Source of the DNA: a virus
Lineage: Duplodnaviria; Caudoviricetes
DNA length: 56,478 nt
Reading direction: 5' to 3' (one strand)
IMG/VR virus record: IMGVR_UViG_3300037487_000664
Location: 1-56,478 of that record
The notes beneath the pieces were generated by a model. It saw nothing but the letters and a program-made list of their open reading frames with translations, searched no databases and was not told the DNA's origin. How positions within the stretch are numbered: the stretch's first letter is position 1; every line of letters starts with the position of its first letter. Position numbers and translations under genes: made by a program. Shown here piece by piece: positions 26,543 through 35,239 of the stretch.

Positions 26543-27630
26543 GCGTTCCGTCAAATCTTGTACCCACCCGCATTACGCAGCTTCCCGAGTACATGGGCAC
26601 CAGCGACTTGGGGTACGTGCCCTACGTCCTGAGCGGCGTCACGTACAAGGTCTCCCTAAATGCCATTCTCGCTGCGGGTTATGTTCCGACGACCCGCACC
26701 GTCACGGCGGGTGCCGGACTAACGGGCGGCGGCGCGCTATCCAGCGACATTACCCTGTCGGCGAGTTTCTCGGCTACCAATCCCGCCGCCGGGAACACCA
26801 CGGCGTCTCCCGGCTCGGCCTCGACGCTTGCCCGCAGCGATCACGTACACCCGGCGGTTAACTTAGCATCCGCCACACAAACTCAAGGTGTGCTCCCCTT
26901 GAGTAGCGGTGGCACCAACGGCGCGCTGACGGCGGTCGCTGGGGCCATTGTCTACTCTTCCGGGAGCGCGATGGCGTTCAGCGCTGTAGGCACCATCGGG
27001 GAAGTGCTTACGTCCAACGGGGCAGGCACGCCGACTTGGGCGGTGCCCGCCGCTGGCGGAGTAACCAGCGTCGCCGCCAGCGGCGGCACGACGGGGATGA
27101 CGTTCAGTGGCAGTCCCATTACGACCTCGGGCACCTTGACGTTGGCGGGGACGCTTGTCGTAGCCAACGGCGGCACAGGCGCAACGACCCTTGCGGCCAA
27201 CAATGTCCTGCTGGGCAACGGCACAGGCGCACTTCAGGTCGTGGCCCCCGGCACTTCGGGGAACGTCCTCACCTCGGATGGCACGACGTGGGCCTCGACG
27301 ACCCCTACTGCTGGCGGCGTAACCAGCGTCGCCGCCAGTGGTGGCACGACGGGTATGACGTTCAGTGGCAGCCCGATTACGACCTCGGGCACGTTGACCT
27401 TGGCGGGGACGCTTGTCGTAGCCAACGGCGGCACGGGCGCAACGACCCTCACGGCGAACAACGTCTTGTTGGGCAACGGCACGAGCGCACTGCAGGTCGT
27501 GGCCCCCAGCACCTCGGGAAATGTGCTAACGTCCAACGGAACAACGTGGGCCTCGACGACCCCCGCCGCCATCCCTACAGTACCTGCTGGTGCCAGTATC
27601 TACACAGCTAACAACTTTGGAGGCTTCTGA
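26539..27630 (+). CDS. tail fibre protein with 258-bp tandem duplication (27052-27309 / 27310-27567)
   Basis: GLTGGG, ARSDHVH, VANGGTGAT, GNVLTSNG repeats. Confidence 0.82.
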   Translation: MSVPSNLVPTRITQLPEYMGTSDLGYVPYVLSGVTYKVSLNAILAAGYVPTTRTVTAGAGLTGGGALSSDITLSASFSATNPAAGNTTASPGSASTLARSDHVHPAVNLASATQTQGVLPLSSGGTNGALTAVAGAIVYSSGSAMAFSAVGTIGEVLTSNGAGTPTWAVPAAGGVTSVAASGGTTGMTFSGSPITTSGTLTLAGTLVVANGGTGATTLAANNVLLGNGTGALQVVAPGTSGNVLTSDGTTWASTTPTAGGVTSVAASGGTTGMTFSGSPITTSGTLTLAGTLVVANGGTGATTLTANNVLLGNGTSALQVVAPSTSGNVLTSNGTTWASTTPAAIPTVPAGASIYTANNFGGF

Positions 27631-28076
27631 TGCCCGTTACATCCACCCCGATCTTCGCGCAGACGCCATATGCTAAGTCGCTGACGCTGGCCGCGCAGAC
27701 TGCGTGTACCACTCGCGCTCCAACCGCTACGGCAAGTTTGGCGGGGGCTAACATCACGGCCTTCGTGCCCGTCTCGACCAACGGACTGCGGATTGACAGT
27801 ATCCAAGTCAACAACTGCGGCACTGGCATCTCGACCGCCAACGCTGCCCAGCTTGTTGACATCTGGATGTGGGACGGCACGACGGCGTTTCTGATTGCTG
27901 AAATCCCGGTTCTTGCCACGACGCCCAGCACGACCGCTGCGGCGTTCAACACGACCTTCACCTTCCCGCAGCCGCTGAACCTGCCTGCTGCGTTTGCTCT
28001 GTATGCCAGCACAACGGTTACGACCACGGCGGCTGGTACGGCGCTGCAAGTGACGGCCTACGGCGGGGCTTACTAA
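27630..28076 (+). CDS. tail fibre-associated protein
   Basis: Coupled to fibre gene; PIFAQTP start; GGAY end. Confidence 0.65.
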   Translation: MPVTSTPIFAQTPYAKSLTLAAQTACTTRAPTATASLAGANITAFVPVSTNGLRIDSIQVNNCGTGISTANAAQLVDIWMWDGTTAFLIAEIPVLATTPSTTAAAFNTTFTFPQPLNLPAAFALYASTTVTTTAAGTALQVTAYGGAY

Positions 28077-28531
28077 TGACAACGGCGACGGCGGCTTTTG
28101 ATTATCACACGATTGCCAGCCCCAGCCTTGTTGGGGCTACGCTAAGAAATGCCGTTGAGCCGACTACGGTGACCACTGTGGCGGCGACCGGGACCATCAT
28201 CTACGAAATTAACAACCAGTCGGTGGTGTACTCGACGGCCAGTGCCACGGCCAACTGGACCCTGAACATCGTCTATTCCAAGGCGATGCCGCTCAATGCG
28301 TACTTGGCTATCGGCCAGAGCGTGACGGTTGCCAACATGGTGACGCAGGGCGCGACGGCCTACTACAACAACGTGTTGCAAATTGACGGTGTGACGGTTA
28401 CGCCAAAATACCAAGGTGGGACGGCCTACGCCGCAGGTAATGCCAGCAGCATCGACGTTTACACCTACACGGTAACCAAGACGGCAGATCGGACGTACAC
28501 GGTCTTCACGTCGCAGACAAAGTTTGCTTGA
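28076..28531 (+). CDS. tail adaptor domain, paralogous to the C-terminus of 35240-37174
   Basis: AATGTI.Y....QSV.Y..ANWT.N..VTQGATAYYN...Q.DG..AGNAS.IDVYTYTV.KTA. Confidence 0.75.
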   Translation: MTTATAAFDYHTIASPSLVGATLRNAVEPTTVTTVAATGTIIYEINNQSVVYSTASATANWTLNIVYSKAMPLNAYLAIGQSVTVANMVTQGATAYYNNVLQIDGVTVTPKYQGGTAYAAGNASSIDVYTYTVTKTADRTYTVFTSQTKFA

Positions 28532-30297
28532 GCCGCATGGAACTGCACTTTCTCGCTGGATTGCCCCGCTCGGGGTCCACCCTACTTGCCGCCATTCTCA
28601 ACCAGAACCCGGCGGCAAAGGTCAGTTCCACCAGCGAGTTAGTCAATATCCTCGATGTCTTAGCCAACCTCTGGGCGAAGGCACACACCCTCAGCATCCG
28701 TGACCCAGAGCGCACCCGGCTGATTGAGGTCATGCGCGGCGTCATCAATGCCGAGTACAAAGACGCTCCGGCAGTCGCCATCGACAAGAGCCGGGAATGG
28801 CCGCGACCGGACATCATGCAGTCTATGCCCCTAGTGCTGGGCCGTCCCATGAAGATCATCGCCACGGTGCGAGACGTGCCGGATTGCGCCGCCTCGTTTG
28901 CACGCATTGCCAAGCCGGAAGACCTGAACTCGTTCCTAGTGGACAGCAGCTTCATTCAGCACCTGCAAGGCTCGTATGTCAGCCTGCAAAACGGCTATAC
29001 GGCGTACCCAGAGGCGTTCCTGTTCGTGGAGTACGAAGACCTTCTGGCCGACCCGCAGGCGCAGCTTGATCGTGTTCACGCCTTTCTAGACCTGCCGCCC
29101 TTTGCCTACGATTTCGAGAACATCGACGGCAGCACGGTGGCGGAAGACGACGCGGCATTGTGGAACGCACCGGGTCTACATGACGTGCAGCCCAAGCTCG
29201 AACGGCAACATAACCAGAGCGCCCGCGACGTGCTGGGTAAGCGTTATGCCCAGTTTGCACAGCCTGCGTTCTGGCGTGCCGATCCCGGTCAGCCAGAGAT
29301 ACACACCCTCGACCTACAACTGGCAGCGTCTCGGGTGGGCAACTTCGCCGAAGCGTGGCAGCTCTCGGAGCAGCTTGCGGCGGAAGAGCCTGAGAACGAC
29401 CGTGCCGCCTATAACCGAGGCTGGTACTTGCTGCGGCAGGGCAAGCTGCAACAGGGCTTCGCACTGCTGGATCGGGGACGCAAAGAAGGCGTATTTGGTA
29501 ATCGTAACCCCGGCACGCCGCAACCGCTGTGGGATGGCAAGTCTCAGGGCACCGTGCTGCTGTACCTCGAAGGCGGTCTAGGCGACCAAATCCACCAAGT
29601 TCGCTACGCCAAGAACATCGCGGCGCGGGGCTGCAAGGTCGTCGTCGCCTGCTCGGATGCGCTGGTGTTTATGCTCAATCAGGTCAAGGGCTTGTCGGCC
29701 ATCGTGACCCATGACTCGGTTCTGGGGGTCTACCATGACTTCTGGACACCGGGGATGAGCGCGCTCGTGCCGCTGGGCTACGAGTACAGGAACGTGTGCG
29801 GCAGCGCGTACATCCCCAAGCCCTTTGTCGAGCGTGGTCCGCGCAAAAAGATCGGCCTGCGCTGGTCCGGTAATCCTAGGTTCGAGCATGAGCAGCACCG
29901 CGTGTTTCCGCCGGAGCTTATGTTCGAGGCCGTGAAGGGCGTGGACGCTGATTTCATATGCCTCCAGCGCGACAATGACATGGAGGTCTGCCCCGACTGG
30001 GTGCGTCAAGTGCCGCTTGACGACTGGCTTAAGACACAAGAAGCCGTTGCCTCCTGTGATCTGGTGATCACCTCTTGCACGTCGGTGTCGCACTTGGCTG
30101 CCGCAATGGGTATTGAGACGTGGGTCGCCCAGCCGATCATGCCGTACTACCTGTACGCAAGGCCGGGAGACAAGACTGCATTTTATGATACAATGCGGCT
30201 ATATAGGCAGGAGGTCTTCGCTGACTGGATTGCCCCGTTCGAAGCTATGCGTCGTGATTTGAAGCAAGAGGAAGTTTCCCATGCCAATGTGGGTTAA
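28528..30297 (+). CDS. sulfotransferase - TPR - glycosyltransferase (GT9-like) fusion
   Basis: GLPRSGSTLL..ILNQNP PAPS loop, DKSR.W, VEYEDL; EGGLGDQI..RY, IGLRWSGNP, DLVITSCTSVSHLAAAMG; start uncertain (TTG 28528 or ATG 28537). Confidence 0.85.
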   Translation: MSRMELHFLAGLPRSGSTLLAAILNQNPAAKVSSTSELVNILDVLANLWAKAHTLSIRDPERTRLIEVMRGVINAEYKDAPAVAIDKSREWPRPDIMQSMPLVLGRPMKIIATVRDVPDCAASFARIAKPEDLNSFLVDSSFIQHLQGSYVSLQNGYTAYPEAFLFVEYEDLLADPQAQLDRVHAFLDLPPFAYDFENIDGSTVAEDDAALWNAPGLHDVQPKLERQHNQSARDVLGKRYAQFAQPAFWRADPGQPEIHTLDLQLAASRVGNFAEAWQLSEQLAAEEPENDRAAYNRGWYLLRQGKLQQGFALLDRGRKEGVFGNRNPGTPQPLWDGKSQGTVLLYLEGGLGDQIHQVRYAKNIAARGCKVVVACSDALVFMLNQVKGLSAIVTHDSVLGVYHDFWTPGMSALVPLGYEYRNVCGSAYIPKPFVERGPRKKIGLRWSGNPRFEHEQHRVFPPELMFEAVKGVDADFICLQRDNDMEVCPDWVRQVPLDDWLKTQEAVASCDLVITSCTSVSHLAAAMGIETWVAQPIMPYYLYARPGDKTAFYDTMRLYRQEVFADWIAPFEAMRRDLKQEEVSHANVG

Positions 30298-30652
30298 GGT
30301 TTCTAACGATGTCGTCGTTCAGTGCTGGGACACGCCGCCCCCTACCGGTGAAGACGGCTGGCGCGACGCCATTGAGGTTCGCCCTGCCGTTACGCAATAT
30401 CGCGAGGTCTACGGCCAGCACTATTTCGACCTGACGAAAACGCCCGTCGAGATCGTCTGGCCGGTCGAGGCCGTCTCGGTTGAGGACCGCAAAGCCAGTA
30501 TGCTGTCTCACGCCGAGTTCTTGTCCAAGAAGGGCGAACCCGGCACCAACGAGGCGGACTTCGATCCGGTTGCGGCACAGGCACTCTATCTTACCCGCGT
30601 CGCCGCCATCGAAGCCGCAGAGACGCACGACGACCTAGACGCAGTCCCGTAA
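30281..30652 (+). CDS. putative tail-fibre assembly/chaperone protein
   Basis: 123 aa directly upstream of RCC1 genes; AAIEAAETHDDLDA end. Confidence 0.55.
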   Translation: MPMWVKVSNDVVVQCWDTPPPTGEDGWRDAIEVRPAVTQYREVYGQHYFDLTKTPVEIVWPVEAVSVEDRKASMLSHAEFLSKKGEPGTNEADFDPVAAQALYLTRVAAIEAAETHDDLDAVP

Positions 30653-30653
30653 G

Positions 30654-31799
30654 ATGCCCGCGCTCAGCAGACGGGGCGTAGCGTCGGCCAGAGGCTTTGG
30701 GCTGTTCCGTGCCGCTGCTGCTGGACCACCTCCCGTCCCCGGACCCGGTCTGTGGACGTGGGGAAACAACGGCGGTGGTCAACTCGGCATCGGCAATACA
30801 ACTCAATACTCGTCGCCCAAGCATGTTGGCGCACTGACGACGTGGGCTACGGTGTCGGCAGGCTCATCTTCTGGACTTGCCATTAAGACCGACGGCACGC
30901 TCTGGTCGTGGGGGTACAACGCTTTTGGTCAACTTGGTCTTGGCGATGTCACCAACCGTTCGTCGCCCGTGCAGGTTGGCGCACTGACCGCGTGGTCTAA
31001 GGTGACGGCGGGGTCAAATTTTGGAGTAGCTATCAAAACCGATGGCACGCTGTGGTCGTGGGGAAGCAATGCCTACGGAAAACTTGGTCTCGGCAATACG
31101 ACCTCCTACTCATCACCCAAGCAAGTTGGCGCACTGACAAATTGGGCTACAGTGGAAGACACGGGTGGTGCTGTGTTAGCCGTCAAGACGGACGGCACAC
31201 TGTGGTCGTGGGGGCAGGGCGCTTACGGCAAACTCGGCCTCGGCAACACGACTACTTATTCATCACCCAAACAAATTGGCGCACTGACGACGTGGTCTAC
31301 GGTGTCGGGCGGAAATTTCCACGCACTAGCCGTCAAGACGAATGGCACTCTCTGGTCGTGGGGAGCAAACTTCTCGGGCTCGTGCGGCCTCGGCAACACC
31401 ACGCAATACTCCTCGCCCGTGCAAGTTGGCGCACTGACAGCGTGGTCTAAGGTGTCTGGAGGAAACGCTTACGCCTCGTTTGCCATCAAGACAGACGGCA
31501 CAATGTGGGCGTGGGGGCAGGGCAGCTACGGCAGGCTTGGCCTCGGCAACACGACCGACTACTCCTCACCCAAGCAGATTGGCGCACTGACGACGTGGTC
31601 TAAGATAGTGGGAAGCGGATACAAATTTGGGTTAGCTATCAAGACCGATGGCACGTTGTGGTCGTGGGGAAAGAACACTCAAGGCCAGCTTGGCCTCGGT
31701 AACCTGACCAGTTATAGTTCGCCAAAGCAGGTCGGCGCGCTGACCACGTGGTCTGTGGCGTCGGGGGGCGACTTCTTTTCGCTAGGCATCTACACGTAA
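30654..31799 (+). CDS. RCC1/BLIP-II repeat beta-propeller (putative receptor-binding protein 1)
   Basis: ~50-aa repeats AIKTDGTLWSWG.N..GQLGLGN...SSPKQVGALTTW. Confidence 0.9.
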   Translation: MPALSRRGVASARGFGLFRAAAAGPPPVPGPGLWTWGNNGGGQLGIGNTTQYSSPKHVGALTTWATVSAGSSSGLAIKTDGTLWSWGYNAFGQLGLGDVTNRSSPVQVGALTAWSKVTAGSNFGVAIKTDGTLWSWGSNAYGKLGLGNTTSYSSPKQVGALTNWATVEDTGGAVLAVKTDGTLWSWGQGAYGKLGLGNTTTYSSPKQIGALTTWSTVSGGNFHALAVKTNGTLWSWGANFSGSCGLGNTTQYSSPVQVGALTAWSKVSGGNAYASFAIKTDGTMWAWGQGSYGRLGLGNTTDYSSPKQIGALTTWSKIVGSGYKFGLAIKTDGTLWSWGKNTQGQLGLGNLTSYSSPKQVGALTTWSVASGGDFFSLGIYT

Positions 31800-31867
31800 G
31801 GGCTGCTCCATGATCACCGCCACCCAAGCTGTAGCGGCCCACCGCAACCTAGACGCGGTGCCGTAAG

Positions 31868-33001
31868 ATGCCCACGATTTTCACCAGAGGCGCAGCGTCT
31901 GCCAGAGGCTTTGGGCTGTTTGGTGCGGCGGCTGGCGGGCCTGCGTTGTGGTCGTGGGGATATGGCAACGCTGGCAGACTTGGCCTCGGCAACGTAACCA
32001 ACTACTCATCACCTAAGCAAGTGGGCACTCTGGTAACGTGGTCTAAATTGCCAACGGGAGCGGGTGGAGCGCCTAATGCGTTTGCTATCAAGACAGACGG
32101 CACGCTCTGGGCGTGGGGAAACAACGCCGCTGGTCAGCTTGGCCTTGGCAATGTAACCTCTTACTCCTCGCCCAAGCAAGTCGGCGCATTGACAACGTGG
32201 GCTACGGTAACGGCGTCACGGTACTGTACATTCGCTATCAAAACGGACGGCACCCTCTGGTCGTGGGGAGGGAGCAACTTTGGCCAACTTGGCCTTGGCA
32301 ATGTAACCTCTTACTCCTCACCCAAACAAATCGGTGCACTGACAACATGGTCTAAGGTGGCAGGGGGAAGCACCCACGCGGTTGCCCTCAAAACAAACGG
32401 CACGCTGTGGTCGTGGGGGCGAAATCAAGCTGGTCAGCTTGGCCTTAGCAACACGACCTATTACTCCTCACCCAAGCAAGTCGGCGCACTGACAACGTGG
32501 TCTACCTTAGGGGATGGATATAGACAGGCTTCGTCAGCCATTAAGACGGACGGCACCATGTGGTCATGGGGATCAAACCAACGCGGACAGCTTGGCCTTG
32601 GAAACACGACCGATTATTCTTCCCCCAAGCAGATCGGCGCACTGACGACGTGGTCTAAGGTGACGGCGGGGCGTATATTTGGATTAGCTATTAAAACAGA
32701 TGGTACGTTATGGTCGTGGGGATACAATTATCGCGGCCAACTTGGTCTTGGTAACATAACTGACTACTCCTCACCCAAACAGGTCGGCGCTTTGACAACG
32801 TGGTCTAAGGTGTCGGGGGGTTTTCAAAGTACGGTAGCCATCAAGACGGATGGCACGCTTTGGGCGTGGGGAAACAACTACGCTGGCGCACTCGGCCTCG
32901 GCAACACGACCAGCTACTCCTCACCCATGCAAGTTGGCGCACTGACAACGTGGTCTGCGGCGGTAGCGGGTACAGCTTTTATGGTAGCCATTACAACCTA
33001 A
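31868..33001 (+). CDS. RCC1/BLIP-II repeat beta-propeller (putative receptor-binding protein 2)
   Basis: Same repeat framework; shared N-terminal RG.ASARGFGLF. Confidence 0.9.
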   Translation: MPTIFTRGAASARGFGLFGAAAGGPALWSWGYGNAGRLGLGNVTNYSSPKQVGTLVTWSKLPTGAGGAPNAFAIKTDGTLWAWGNNAAGQLGLGNVTSYSSPKQVGALTTWATVTASRYCTFAIKTDGTLWSWGGSNFGQLGLGNVTSYSSPKQIGALTTWSKVAGGSTHAVALKTNGTLWSWGRNQAGQLGLSNTTYYSSPKQVGALTTWSTLGDGYRQASSAIKTDGTMWSWGSNQRGQLGLGNTTDYSSPKQIGALTTWSKVTAGRIFGLAIKTDGTLWSWGYNYRGQLGLGNITDYSSPKQVGALTTWSKVSGGFQSTVAIKTDGTLWAWGNNYAGALGLGNTTSYSSPMQVGALTTWSAAVAGTAFMVAITT

Positions 33002-33009
33002 GTGACCCC

Positions 33010-33183
33010 ATGACCACAGCAAACGAAGTCGGCAGTAAGCTATCCACGCACGAGGCGGTGTGTGCCGAACGCTACGCCAGCATTAACGCTCGCCTCAGAC
33101 GGTTGGAGAGTATTCTGCTGGCTGCGGCTGGGTCCATCATCGTCGCGCTGGGGGCTATAGCGTGGCAGGTGGCGCAGTCATGA
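33010..33183 (+). CDS. putative holin/antiholin (XhlA-like, single TM)
   Basis: HEAVCAERY..I..RL.RLE plus C-terminal TM; precedes endolysin. Confidence 0.65.
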   Translation: MTTANEVGSKLSTHEAVCAERYASINARLRRLESILLAAAGSIIVALGAIAWQVAQS

Positions 33184-33599
33184 GCCGGAAGATTGAAGAC
33201 CTGCATTCGACCCTACAGGCCAAGTGCCGTGCGCATATGGCGGCGTGTGAGGAGGCGGGCATTTCTTTGATCATCACCTCGACCTACCGCAGTCCCGAAG
33301 AGCAGGCTGTGCTGTACGCCCAAGGCCGCACGACCCCCGGCAAGGTCGTCACCAAGGCTAGGCCGGGTAAGTCGATGCACAACTACCGTCTCGCTTACGA
33401 TGTCGTGCCACTTCGCAACGGTAAGCCCGTTTGGGGTACGACGGGCGAAGATGCTACACTCTGGCAGAAGGTGGGCGCTCTAGGCGTGGCGCAGGGGCTT
33501 GAATGGGCGGGCAACTGGCGCACTATGAGGGAGTACCCACACTTCCAATGGACGGGCGGCTTGACGCTGGCAGAACTACAGGCGGGTAAAACACCATGA
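33180..33599 (+). CDS. endolysin, M15-family L-Ala-D-Glu peptidase
   Basis: TYRS.EEQ..LYAQGRT.PG.VVT.A..G.SMHNY.LAYD..GLEWAGNW..EYPHFQ. Confidence 0.92.
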   Translation: MSRKIEDLHSTLQAKCRAHMAACEEAGISLIITSTYRSPEEQAVLYAQGRTTPGKVVTKARPGKSMHNYRLAYDVVPLRNGKPVWGTTGEDATLWQKVGALGVAQGLEWAGNWRTMREYPHFQWTGGLTLAELQAGKTP

Positions 33600-34165
33600 A
33601 CCGTATCTCCATCCTTGCCGCTCTCGCGGTTTCCGTGTCGGCTCCGGCCCCGGCTCACGCCAGCAGCTACCAAATCTGCCATCAGGACTTCGCACTCTGC
33701 GCCGCCTCACCGGCTACGCTGACAGGCAAGATGATCACCGTGAACGTCCAAAGCGGCGGCACGGCTAGGTACGCTGAAGCGGTTGCGGTCTGTCCTGTCC
33801 TGCGTGGCCCAGCCATTGCCGATGTGGCCGGTGGCAACATGAAGGGCTCCTGCGATCAACCCGGCCCCAATCAAGTCTGGAGCCTCTACCAGTACCGGGA
33901 TAAGTTTCCGCAGGCCCCTAACTGGTCACGCAATGACAAGGCCGTCATCCGCACGTTTGTCACCAGCCCCGGCAACGGCCTAAGCAACATGTTCAGCTTC
34001 GCCTGCACCCTTGAGCCGAAGCGTGTAAACGGTGTCCGCCTCGCCAAGTGCTATGGCCCCGTGCATGAGAACGTCGCCGGAGGCCCAGTGCCTGCCGGTA
34101 CAAAAGTTGTAACCCAAGCCCCTGTCGGCGTAACCTATCCGGTGGGTGGTCCTATTCCCCAATAA
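33596..34165 (+). CDS. secreted 6-Cys protein in the lysis cassette
   Basis: Signal peptide ending PAHA; six Cys. Confidence 0.7.
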   Translation: MNRISILAALAVSVSAPAPAHASSYQICHQDFALCAASPATLTGKMITVNVQSGGTARYAEAVAVCPVLRGPAIADVAGGNMKGSCDQPGPNQVWSLYQYRDKFPQAPNWSRNDKAVIRTFVTSPGNGLSNMFSFACTLEPKRVNGVRLAKCYGPVHENVAGGPVPAGTKVVTQAPVGVTYPVGGPIPQ

Positions 34166-34175
34166 GGAGACGACT

Positions 34176-34337
34176 ATGTTTGGTATTTTACGCGGTAAGA
34201 AGACCTACGTTGTGGCGGCTATGTCGATCCTCGGCGCAGGCGCAAGTTATACTACGGGTGACGCTACTGCCATGCAGGCAGTGCAACTGGCTGTCACGGC
34301 GCTTCTGGGTGCGACCCTGCGCAGCGGTATGAGGTAA
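34176..34337 (+). CDS. small holin-like membrane protein
   Basis: LRGKKTYVVAA..ALLGATLRSG; AAGGAG RBS. Confidence 0.65.
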   Translation: MFGILRGKKTYVVAAMSILGAGASYTTGDATAMQAVQLAVTALLGATLRSGMR

Positions 34338-34585
34338 CAACGCGCTATGGCCGAGAACGAAAAATCGTCCCGCACAGACGAGGGCAAGCGGGAGGGCACC
34401 GCTCGCGGAGAACAGTTCGTTCGCCAGCCCTCCTTCGTCGTTAAGAAAACCGCCCAGTTTCGTTGAGTGCGCGTTGACGGCCCTAGCAGGTGACACCCTG
34501 CGTTAATTGCGCTACAAAATCGCGTTTGACGGTCGAGGCTTAGACCAGAGCTGCGGCGTCCAAATAGCCCTCTAAAAGGTGCTGT

Positions 34586-35239
34586 ATGGCCACCACTACG
34601 ACTTTTACAACGCTGAAAGACGACGTGCAGCGCTACTTGGAGCGCGGCGATAGCTTTGCGGCAGACCCCGTGTTCTTTGAGCAGCTCCCGCGCCTCATTA
34701 ATTTGGCCGAGCGCCGCATCGCGCGCGAGCTTAAAATCCAAGGCTTTATCAACGTCGTCACCGGCACCATGGCGGCGGGGCAGTCGGTCTACCCGAAGCC
34801 GGATCGCTGGCGCGATACCGTCAGTTTCAACATCGGTACGGGTGCCACCAACGACACTCGCACCTTCCTGTTCATCCGCGACTACGAGTACATGCGCACG
34901 TACTGGCCGGACGCTACGCAAGAAGAGCAGCCGGTGTTCTACGGGGACTACAACTACGGAAACTGGTTGGTCGTGCCGACGCCGGACGACGCCTACCCCT
35001 TCGAAGTGCTGTTCTACGAGCTGCCCGTCCTACTGGACGAGGAGAACCAGACGAACTGGCTCACCGAGTACGCGCCGCAGATACTGCTGTACGCCACGCT
35101 GCTGGAGGCCACCCCATTTCTCAAGAACGACGAGCGCATCCCGGTGTGGCAGCAGATGTATGACCGCGCGGCAGCTATGCTGAACGGCGAAGACCTCGCC
35201 AAAATTCTTGACCGCTCCGCCGTTCGTAAGGAGGCATAG
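34586..35239 (+). CDS. tail adaptor / tubular protein A-like
   Basis: TF..LK..V..YL.R, I.LAE.RI.R.L, PTPD..Y, TNWL...AP..LLY..L.EA.PFLKNDERI..W. Confidence 0.78.
   Translation: MATTTTFTTLKDDVQRYLERGDSFAADPVFFEQLPRLINLAERRIARELKIQGFINVVTGTMAAGQSVYPKPDRWRDTVSFNIGTGATNDTRTFLFIRDYEYMRTYWPDATQEEQPVFYGDYNYGNWLVVPTPDDAYPFEVLFYELPVLLDEENQTNWLTEYAPQILLYATLLEATPFLKNDERIPVWQQMYDRAAAMLNGEDLAKILDRSAVRKEA

Noticed and set aside
30654-33001. Diversity-generating retroelement acting on RCC1 genes
   Set aside because: No reverse transcriptase in the window and no TR/VR pair with adenine-specific differences seen
34338-34585. Possible ncRNA or 39-aa ORF (MAENEKSS..) after the lysis cassette
   Set aside because: No RBS and no convincing structure; probably holds a late promoter that I cannot define
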